Assembly (NCBI GenBank): GCA_965661125.1
Contig: CBFICI010000002.1
Coordinates: forward strand, 195,196 to 259,195
Direction of reading: 5' to 3'
Length of the DNA: 64,000 nucleotides
DNA from: Pseudomonadales bacterium
GTDB lineage: Bacteria; Pseudomonadota; Gammaproteobacteria; Pseudomonadales; GM7GCV1
Shown: piece by piece, positions 57,305 to 64,000 of the stretch
Layout: the number at the start of each line of letters is the position of its first letter
Numbering within the stretch: position 1 is the stretch's first letter
Notes under the pieces: generated by a model
What the model was told of the DNA's origin: nothing
The model's database searches: none
Seen by the model: the letters and a program-made list of their open reading frames with translations, nothing else
Translations under genes and position numbers: made by a program

Positions 57305-58060
57305 TCAGCTCTCCCTTGCTGCATCGTCGTCCGCCTGCTCGGCCGGCGGTCGCGCAAACACCCGGCTAAACAACAGGCCCAGTTCAAACAGGGCGTACAT
57401 TGGTATGGCTAACAGCGTTTGCGAAAAAATATCCGGCGGGGTCATCAGCATGCCCACCACAAAACAACAGATCAGCACGTAGGGGCGCTTTTGCGCCATC
57501 GACTCGGCGCTAACAATGCCAGCGCGAATCAGCAGGAAGGTCGCTACCGGAATTTCGAAAGCCAGACCAAAGGCAAAAAACAGCTTCATCGCAAAGTTGA
57601 GATAGCTGTTGATGTCGGTCATTACCGCCACCGACTCCGGCGCCACGCTGGTAAAGAAGCCAAAGATAAGGGGGAAAACCACAAAGTAGGCAAAGGCGAT
57701 GCCGGAATAAAACAGAATTACACTGCTGAAAAATACTGGCAGCGCCACCGCCTTCTCGTTCTTGTAAAGCGCCGGCGCAATGAATGCCCACAGCTGGTAG
57801 AGCAGAAATGGCATTGAAGCAAACACCGCAAGTATCAGCGCCAGCTTCAAGGGGGCCAGAAAGGGCGATGCCACGTCGGTGGCGATCATGGAGGTGCCCT
57901 CGGGCATCATCTGCCGCAGCGGCTCCGACATGAATTCATACAGGGGGTTTGCCACAGCGAACAACGCCAGGAATACCACCAATACAAATACCAGGCCGCG
58001 CAATACCCGAGTGCGCAGCTCAAGCAGGTGTTCAATCAGGCTTTGTTCCTTGTCGCTCAT
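57305..58060 (-). CDS. tatC: Twin-arginine translocase subunit TatC
   Basis: 251 aa. HL.ELR.R… and six TM segments. tatABC gene order. Confidence 0.95.
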   Translation of the reverse strand: MSDKEQSLIEHLLELRTRVLRGLVFVLVVFLALFAVANPLYEFMSEPLRQMMPEGTSMIATDVASPFLAPLKLALILAVFASMPFLLYQLWAFIAPALYKNEKAVALPVFFSSVILFYSGIAFAYFVVFPLIFGFFTSVAPESVAVMTDINSYLNFAMKLFFAFGLAFEIPVATFLLIRAGIVSAESMAQKRPYVLICCFVVGMLMTPPDIFSQTLLAIPMYALFELGLLFSRVFARPPAEQADDDAARES

Positions 58061-58527
58061 GCGGGCTTGTCCGAATCTCCGGCTGGCGGCGAATCGGGCG
58101 GTTCGACTTCGCTGTTACCGGAGGGCTCTACCGGTGCTTTTTCATCGGGTGGCAGTATGCTGTTGCGCGACAGCTCTTCCACCGCGTCCGACTCCTCCTG
58201 CGCCGCCTGGCGCGCTGCCGGCGTAATGGGTGGGGTTACCTCACGGCTTCGCGGAGCGCGTTTTTGCGCCTCTTCTTCCAGCGGGTTGTTGAGCATCTTC
58301 TGGGTTTCTTTCAGGTGCTCAAGCACCTCGGCGTTGTGAATTTCGCGGCGCAGGTCGTCAAGCCCCAGTTCGCTTTCCAGGTCGCGCTTGGTGCGCGCCC
58401 AATAGCGACGAAACTTGGCCATATTCAGGCTGATGGTTTTAATGGTTTCGGGCAGACGCTCGGGGCCTACCACCACAAGCATTACCAGGGCCAGCAGCAG
58501 AATTTCAGCAAAGCCAATGGAGAACAT
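58057..58527 (-). CDS. tatB: Twin-arginine translocase subunit TatB
   Basis: 156 aa. MFSIGFAEILLLALVMLVVVGPERLPE N-terminus. Confidence 0.9.
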   Translation of the reverse strand: MFSIGFAEILLLALVMLVVVGPERLPETIKTISLNMAKFRRYWARTKRDLESELGLDDLRREIHNAEVLEHLKETQKMLNNPLEEEAQKRAPRSREVTPPITPAARQAAQEESDAVEELSRNSILPPDEKAPVEPSGNSEVEPPDSPPAGDSDKPA

Positions 58528-58535
58528 GGCCCGGC

Positions 58536-58772
58536 TCAGGCCGACTTGTCGGTTTCTTTTTCCCGCTCGGCTTGCTCGACTTGCTCGCCTTCAATTACGC
58601 GTTCCTGGTCGGCGCTTTCTTCTTTTTTGTCGTCGCCCATGGAGTCTTTGAAGCCCTTGATGGCGCCGCCCAGGTCAGACCCGATGTTGCGCATTTTCTT
58701 GGTGCCGAAGATCAGCATGACAATCACCAGAATGATTATCAGCTGCCAAATGCTAATTCCACCCAAACCCAT
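58536..58772 (-). CDS. tatA: Twin-arginine translocase subunit TatA
   Basis: 78 aa. [23 protein letters not shown] motif. Confidence 0.93.
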   Translation of the reverse strand: MGLGGISIWQLIIILVIVMLIFGTKKMRNIGSDLGGAIKGFKDSMGDDKKEESADQERVIEGEQVEQAEREKETDKSA

Positions 58773-58777
58773 TTCAG

Positions 58778-59104
58778 TTACCTCTTTGTTCGGGACGCTT
58801 TTTCGTCCAAACCTGACAAACCGAACCGTCGATCCAGCTCGGTCATAATATGCTCAACCGACAAACCCTCGTAGCAAAGCATCACCATGGTGTGAAACCA
58901 GAGGTCGGAAACTTCCGCCACCAGCGCATCCTTGTCGCCATCTTTCGCGGCAAGAATAGTTTCGGTGGCCTCTTCGCCCACCTTTTCCAGAATTTTGTTC
59001 AACCCCTTGTGGTAAAGCGAGGCCACATAGGACGAATCGGCGCTGGCGCCCTTGCGCTGCTCAAGCACCAGTTCCAGCGCATCCAGTGTGTCAGTTCTTG
59101 CCAT
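58778..59104 (-). CDS. hisE: Phosphoribosyl-ATP pyrophosphatase
   Basis: Start at [15 protein letters not shown]…G..KI..KVGEEA.E motif. The longer ORF overlaps hisI. Confidence 0.9.
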   Translation of the reverse strand: MARTDTLDALELVLEQRKGASADSSYVASLYHKGLNKILEKVGEEATETILAAKDGDKDALVAEVSDLWFHTMVMLCYEGLSVEHIMTELDRRFGLSGLDEKASRTKR

Positions 59105-59489
59105 ACATCTGTTCCGGCGATTTAAGCACCGGCTCCACTTCGCGCCAGCCCTGTTCGGCCGGCTGACGATAGAAACAGGATTCTCTGCCGGTATGGCAGG
59201 CAATTCCACCCTTCTGTTCTACCATTAACAACAGAGTATCGCCATCACAATCCAGTGATACCGACTTCACCAACTGCTGGTTGCCGCTGCTTTCACCCTT
59301 GCGCCATAGCGAGTGGCGCGAACGCGACCAGTAGCATGCCCGCCCGGTTTCCAGGGTTTCGCGCAGTGAATCGGCGTTCATCCAGGCCATCATCAGCACA
59401 CGCCCCGACTCCGCGTCCTGGGCGATGGCCGGCACCAGCCCCTGCTCGTTAAAACAGATGGCATCGAATAAGGTGTCGCTATTCTTCAT
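59091..59489 (-). CDS. hisI: Phosphoribosyl-AMP cyclohydrolase
   Basis: 132 aa. GLVPAIAQD……VLM.AWMN and CH.G..SCF motifs. Confidence 0.93.
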   Translation of the reverse strand: MKNSDTLFDAICFNEQGLVPAIAQDAESGRVLMMAWMNADSLRETLETGRACYWSRSRHSLWRKGESSGNQQLVKSVSLDCDGDTLLLMVEQKGGIACHTGRESCFYRQPAEQGWREVEPVLKSPEQMYGKN

Positions 59490-59510
59490 AGGCTGCGCAT
59501 TATCCGCTGC

Positions 59511-61100
59511 TCAGCGAGAGCGAACAAGCAACCACAGGCCGGTAACTGCCAGCACCGGCACCGTCCAAACGGGGAAAGCGGCCACCTGGGCTGCCGAGCC
59601 CAGCCATAATCCCAGGCCAGAACCCATAAAAAGTGCACCGCCGGCCTGCTGCCAGTTGAAGCGCGTCGGCTCGGCCAATTCATGCTCGGCGGCACGCTCC
59701 TGCTCCAGCTTTTCTCGCAGCAGTTCGGGCAGGGCCGCCAGATCTTCCAGGTAGTCGGGTGCTTTCTGTTTGAACTCGCTGATCAGCTTGCGCGGTGAAT
59801 GCTGCTCTTTCCACCACTGCTCAAGGAAGGGCTGCGCGGTAGACCAAAGATCAAGCTCGGGATATAGCTGACGCCCCAGCCCCTCAATATTGATAATGGT
59901 TTTCTCCAGCAAAACCAGCGAGGGCATTACCTGCATATCGAATTCGCGCGCGGTGCGGAACAGGCTAACCAGCATGTCGGCAAAAGAGATTTCACTCAGC
60001 GGCTTGGCAAAGATAGGCTCGCATACCTTGCGAATTTCAGCGGCAAAATCGCCTACTGGCGTATCGGCCGCCACCCAGCCGTACTTTATTTGCACCTCGG
60101 CCACGCGGCGATAGTCGCGCCTGAATACGGCAATTAGCATCTGTGCCAGGCTGCGGCGCTCGTCATCGGTAAGCGACCCGCAGATGGCGCAATCCACCGA
60201 GATGTATTGCGGCTTGTCGATATTATTCGAGGACACAAAGATATTACCCGGGTGCATGTCGGCATGGAAAAAGTTGTGCTCGAACACCTGAGTAAAAAAT
60301 ATTTCCACCCCAATTTCGGCCAGCCGCTGAAGGTCGGTTCCCTGGGCCTGTACCGCCTCGCGATCGTTCACCGGAATACCGCGAATACGCTCGCTAACCA
60401 TAACGTTGTGGCGCACATAGTCCCAGTAAACCTGGGGCGTATAGTTCACCGGGTTTTGCAGGAAATTGTCGCGAACTTGCTGGGTGTTGGCCGCTTCGTG
60501 CTGCAGGTCGAGCTCGCGGCGTATGGTGCGCGCGTAATCGGCCACCACCTCCGGTGCGCGCAGGCGTTTGCCTTCGCGGCCCATACGATCAACCAGGGCG
60601 GCCAACCTGCGCATCAGCTTCAGGTCTTGCTCTACTTTCTTTTGCACACCCGGGCGCAGCGCCTTGATAACAACCTCTTCACCACTCGGCAGCGTTGCGC
60701 TATGCACCTGCGCCAGAGAGGCCGAAGCCAATGGCTGGGGGTCGAAACTGGCAAAGAGGTTATCGAGGCTGTCGCCCAGGCTGGCCTCGACGATCTCCTT
60801 GAAAATTTCCACATCGAAGGGTGGCACCCGGTCCTGAAGCGTGGCCAGCTCCATGGCAACATCTTCGGGCAGCAGGTCGGGGCGAGTCGACAGCAATTGG
60901 CCAAACTTGACGAAAATGGGGCCCTGCTGGTGCAGAAATTCACGCAGGCGCTCGGCGCGACCACCAGACCGGCGGCCTACAATAAAGGCAGGCCAGAAAA
61001 ACAAACGCGCCAGCCAGGGCGCATCTGCCGGTAACAGTTCGTTCAGCCGGAAGCGACACACCTTCCACCAGATGGCCACAAGGCGAAAAAGGCTGGTCAC
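59511..61100 (-). CDS. ubiB: Ubiquinone biosynthesis regulatory kinase-like protein UbiB
   Basis: 529 aa. ABC1/aarF kinase-like motifs (GPIFVKFGQ.LSTR.DL, ASLAQVH, HADMHPGNIF). C-terminal TM segments. Confidence 0.93.
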   Translation of the reverse strand: MTSLFRLVAIWWKVCRFRLNELLPADAPWLARLFFWPAFIVGRRSGGRAERLREFLHQQGPIFVKFGQLLSTRPDLLPEDVAMELATLQDRVPPFDVEIFKEIVEASLGDSLDNLFASFDPQPLASASLAQVHSATLPSGEEVVIKALRPGVQKKVEQDLKLMRRLAALVDRMGREGKRLRAPEVVADYARTIRRELDLQHEAANTQQVRDNFLQNPVNYTPQVYWDYVRHNVMVSERIRGIPVNDREAVQAQGTDLQRLAEIGVEIFFTQVFEHNFFHADMHPGNIFVSSNNIDKPQYISVDCAICGSLTDDERRSLAQMLIAVFRRDYRRVAEVQIKYGWVAADTPVGDFAAEIRKVCEPIFAKPLSEISFADMLVSLFRTAREFDMQVMPSLVLLEKTIINIEGLGRQLYPELDLWSTAQPFLEQWWKEQHSPRKLISEFKQKAPDYLEDLAALPELLREKLEQERAAEHELAEPTRFNWQQAGGALFMGSGLGLWLGSAAQVAAFPVWTVPVLAVTGLWLLVRSR

Positions 61101-61708
61101 TGGTTTTGCTCCAAATTCTTGAGGCGGGCCTGAACCCGGTCAATGCGGTACTGCAGCTCGCGTACCTGTTGTTGCACCGGCTCGATATCGGCGTTGCGCA
61201 GCAGCCCCAGCTGGCTGACCAGTTCGGAGCCCATTTCACGCCCGCGCGCCTGCACCTGCGGTGCCACTTTGCGGGCCTCGGCCAGCCCCATAAAGGCAAA
61301 GCGCGCCGGCTTTTCGCCCACCAGTTGGCCCAGCAGGTATTCCCAGTCGATATCCAGCCGCGAAAAGGCGCGGCTAATTCCCAGCAACACACCCACATCG
61401 CCTTCCACGCTTACCCCGGAAGCAGAAAAATCGGCACTGCCCTGGTCGGCAATTTGCATACCCATGCGCATCAGGCTGGTGGCCTTACCGCTAATGGAGA
61501 CCTGGGGCGTATCGTCGCTTCCTTCCTGCCACCTTGCCAGGCGAACCTGGCCACCTTCCAGCTGCAGCCAAAGGCTGAGTGGCGGCACCAGGCAGTGAAT
61601 ACCCAGGCTGGCGCCCTGCAGCGATTTCAGGCTGTCCGTGGCTGTTTCGTCGGTAGCCAGGGCCTGGTTCAGAAGCGATTCGGCCAACTTGAGTGAGGAA
61701 TCAATCAT
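61097..61708 (-). CDS. ubiJ: Ubiquinone biosynthesis accessory factor UbiJ (SCP2 domain)
   Basis: 203 aa. Lies between ubiE and ubiB with overlapping stop/start codons. SCP2-like N-terminal half. Confidence 0.8.
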   Translation of the reverse strand: MIDSSLKLAESLLNQALATDETATDSLKSLQGASLGIHCLVPPLSLWLQLEGGQVRLARWQEGSDDTPQVSISGKATSLMRMGMQIADQGSADFSASGVSVEGDVGVLLGISRAFSRLDIDWEYLLGQLVGEKPARFAFMGLAEARKVAPQVQARGREMGSELVSQLGLLRNADIEPVQQQVRELQYRIDRVQARLKNLEQNQ

Positions 61709-62457
61709 GCCAGCCGATAACCCCGGTGCAGGGCAACAATACCGCCGGTCAGGTTGGTATAACCCACTTCCTCGAACCCGGCCTGACGCATCATGCCAGC
61801 CAGACTTTCCTGATCGGGGTGCTTGCGAATGGATTCAGCCAGATAACGGTAACTGTCGGCGTCGCCGGTAACCCACTCGCCCATGCGGGGCAGCAAGTTG
61901 AAAGAGTAGCCGTCATACAGTCTGGCAAGCGAGGAATGCACCGGTTTGGAGAATTCCAGCACCAGCAAGCGGCCACCCGGTTTCAGCACCCGGAAAATCG
62001 ACTGCAATGCTTTTTCCTTGCGCGTGACATTGCGCAGGCCAAAAGCGATGGTCACGCAATCGAAACTCTTGTCGGCGAAGGGTAAGGCCTCGGCATCCAA
62101 CTGGGTCCAGCGCACATTGTTGGCCGCGCCGCGGTCAATCAGCTTTTCACGCCCTACCTTCAGCATGGAGGCATTGATATCGCCCAGCACTACCCTGCCC
62201 TCACTGCCCACGCGCTTGCTGAAGGCATTGGCCAGGTCGCCGGTTCCGCCGGCCAGATCGAGCACCGACTGCCCCGGACGCACGCCGCTGCTTTCAATGG
62301 TAATTTGCTTCCACACCCGGTGAATGCCAAAGGACATCAGGTCGTTCATCAGGTCGTAGCGGCCCGCCACGGAATCGAACACACTGGCCACCAGGCGGGC
62401 CTTGTCGTTTACGTCGACAGTTTTGAACCCAAAATGGGTTTGCTCGGGATTGCTCAT
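61705..62457 (-). CDS. ubiE: Demethylmenaquinone/ubiquinone C-methyltransferase UbiE
   Basis: 250 aa. HFGF..V……V..VF.SVA..YD.MND.MS.G.HR.WK and LD.AGGTGD motifs. Confidence 0.95.
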   Translation of the reverse strand: MSNPEQTHFGFKTVDVNDKARLVASVFDSVAGRYDLMNDLMSFGIHRVWKQITIESSGVRPGQSVLDLAGGTGDLANAFSKRVGSEGRVVLGDINASMLKVGREKLIDRGAANNVRWTQLDAEALPFADKSFDCVTIAFGLRNVTRKEKALQSIFRVLKPGGRLLVLEFSKPVHSSLARLYDGYSFNLLPRMGEWVTGDADSYRYLAESIRKHPDQESLAGMMRQAGFEEVGYTNLTGGIVALHRGYRLA

Positions 62458-62478
62458 CGGGTTACTCCCACACCGAAC

Positions 62479-63036
62479 TCAGTTTAGCCTGACGGCTTCG
62501 GCATTCAGAATTTGTTGCTTGCGCGCGGAGCCGGCACCGAAGCCACCCAGGCTGCCGTCCGACTTGATCACACGGTGGCAGGGCACCAGCAGGCAAACCG
62601 GGTTGGCGCCAATGGCATTGGCCACAGCGCGCACGGCAGAAGGTTGACCAATACGGTCGGCCACATCCTGGTAGCTTACGGTTTCGCCGCTTGGTATTTT
62701 TACCAGCGCTTTCCACACTTCCAGCTGGAAGGGCGTGCCTTTCAACAGCAGGTCGACCCGCTGGCATGTGCCGGTAAACAGCTCTTCGGCAAATTCCTTG
62801 ATCGCCTCTTTCGACTCGCGCACTTTGGACCCCTTCCACTCGCGCTCAAGCTGGGCCACTACTCGCGCGCGGTCGGTGGTGAGAAGCAGGTTAACCACAC
62901 GGCCACCCGACTTGGCCAGGCAAGCCGGGCCGGTTGGAGTTTCCACCCGCGCATACTCAATCAGAAAGTTGCCAGCCGAATCGGTGTGCACTTCCGGAGA
63001 GAGGGTAAATACGCGAACTTCCAGCTTTTTTTTCAT
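62479..63036 (-). CDS. ogt: Methylated-DNA-protein-cysteine S-methyltransferase
   Basis: 185 aa. Active-site PCHRV. TPFQ..VW..L..IP.G.T.SY motif. Confidence 0.9.
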   Translation of the reverse strand: MKKKLEVRVFTLSPEVHTDSAGNFLIEYARVETPTGPACLAKSGGRVVNLLLTTDRARVVAQLEREWKGSKVRESKEAIKEFAEELFTGTCQRVDLLLKGTPFQLEVWKALVKIPSGETVSYQDVADRIGQPSAVRAVANAIGANPVCLLVPCHRVIKSDGSLGGFGAGSARKQQILNAEAVRLN

Positions 63037-63116
63037 TCGCCACGATATCGCAGGATGGGGGCGGGATTATGCCATAGCCGGCAACGGGATTACCCCTTTG
63101 CCGCAGCCCATAATGA

Positions 63117-63346
63117 GTGTCTGACCCCGCAGCGGTTCAACACGAGATTAAACGCACACCGAGGAGGAAGTGTCTGACCCCGTCACTGGAGAAGTGTCTG
63201 ACCCCGCAGGGGTCAGATGCTGACAACCCGGCATTCTTCCCAGCATCAGACCCCCGCTGCGCGGGGAGTCTGACACTTTGGCTCCGAGGGAAGTGTCTGA
63301 CCCCGCCACCGTAGAAGTGTCTGACCCCGTCAGGGGTCAGATGCTG
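63117..63346. repeat. REP-like elements, cluster D (3 full palindromes plus 3 truncated left-arm copies)
   Basis: Full copies at 63194-63222, 63241-63276 and 63317-63346. Half copies GTGTCTGACCCCG… start at 63117, 63170 and 63293. Confidence 0.92.
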
Positions 63347-63475
63347 ACAAAACGCCTTATCAGGCTTAAAACATCGCGCTTCACGCCCTCTGTCAAATTG
63401 CTGTAACCCAACCGTCTTAAGATTTTTTCAGCTAAATAGGGCATTTCACTGCGCGGAGGCCTAAACTTGCACCCC

Positions 63476-64000
63476 ATGACCGAACCAAGGCGCTCGCCGC
63501 TGAAAACAGTCGCTAACCTGGACGCCCGGTTGTACCTTCTTATGGGTGAACTGGAGCGGCGGCTGAAGCTTTACAAGATAGCCCGTGCGGTGTCATTCAC
63601 CGGCGACGGCTACGCCTACCTGCTGCTGGCCGCCATGCTTTTGATGATCTCGCCTGCGGCAGGCTTGGCCGTTACCATGGCCGGCTTTCTGGCCTTTGCC
63701 TTCGAACTGCCAACCTATGTTGTGCTGAAAAAAACCTTCAAGCGCCGGCGCCCCTATGTGGTGGTTGACAGCCTTGAACGCATTCACGAACCCAGCGACG
63801 AATTCAGCTTTCCCAGCGGTCATACCGCCGGCGGCTTCCTGATGGCGTTTGTGGTAAGTCACATGTTTCCGGCGGCAACCCTGCCCATGTACCTTTGGGC
63901 CAGCAGCATTGGCCTGTCGCGTATTTTCTTGCGGGTGCACTTCGTGAGTGACGTGATTGCCGGCGCACTGCTTGGCACCGCTTTCGCGATGCTCAGCCTT
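63476..64000 (+). CDS. PAP2-family membrane phosphatase (5-prime partial; runs off the window)
   Basis: Hand translation from ATG 63476 stays open to the window end. Acid-phosphatase motifs KKTFKRRRP, PSGH and SRIFLRVHFVSD. Confidence 0.8.
   Translation, partial: MTEPRRSPLKTVANLDARLYLLMGELERRLKLYKIARAVSFTGDGYAYLLLAAMLLMISPAAGLAVTMAGFLAFAFELPTYVVLKKTFKRRRPYVVVDSLERIHEPSDEFSFPSGHTAGGFLMAFVVSHMFPAATLPMYLWASSIGLSRIFLRVHFVSDVIAGALLGTAFAMLSL

Noticed and set aside
63593-63940. 115-aa minus-strand ORF
   Set aside because: It is antisense to the PAP2 phosphatase gene, whose three acid-phosphatase motifs are clear on the plus strand.

Overview
A 64-kb chromosomal segment from a gammaproteobacterium, high GC by eye. 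Gene order is Pseudomonas/Cellvibrio-like, and the organism is probably marine. Most of the window is conserved housekeeping core:
- The end of a Pil-Chp twitching-motility chemosensory operon (giant ChpA plus a CheW-like protein).
- A SAM-cycle operon, sahR-metK-ahcY-metF-rsmE.
- ftsYEX, rsmD, coaD, mutM, rpmBG, radC, coaBC, a long algC, argB, slmA, pyrE, rph, yicC, gmk-rpoZ-spoT, ridA, typA, dtd and uup.
- tatABC, hisIE, ubiE-ubiJ-ubiB and ogt.

Three stretches look accessory:
1. 32.9-39.4 kb, wedged between spoT and ridA. It carries a BetT-type BCCT transporter translationally coupled to a TPR-sulfotransferase, plus a separately transcribed TonB-dependent receptor.
2. 42.1-46.7 kb, holding miscellaneous small genes (LigB-type dioxygenase, TspO, TraR-type zinc finger, DCC protein, OmpA lipoprotein, an acidic-repeat protein).
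3. 49.1-55.2 kb, an eight-gene co-directional metal-acquisition cluster. It joins three secreted proteins whose mature N-terminus is histidine (two are DUF4198/CbiK-NikK-like) and a membrane-anchored His-rich unknown protein to a ZnuABC-type importer. The importer has two binding proteins, and the second has lost the canonical metal ligands. This is my best candidate for an undescribed system.

Other observations:
- A family of ~30-36 nt palindromic REP-like elements (core GTGTCTGACCCC...GGGGTCAGATGCTG) occurs about 15 times in four intergenic clusters.
- A DUF4124 gene has an in-frame amber codon in its signal peptide.
- The phosphomannomutase carries a ~330-aa membrane-sensor-like N-terminal extension.
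- Two coding tandem repeats are present: (PE)n in ChpA and (APAEEE)n in a small acidic protein.

No rRNA, tRNA, CRISPR array, transposase or phage gene was seen. All family assignments come from reading motifs by eye. No database search was run.
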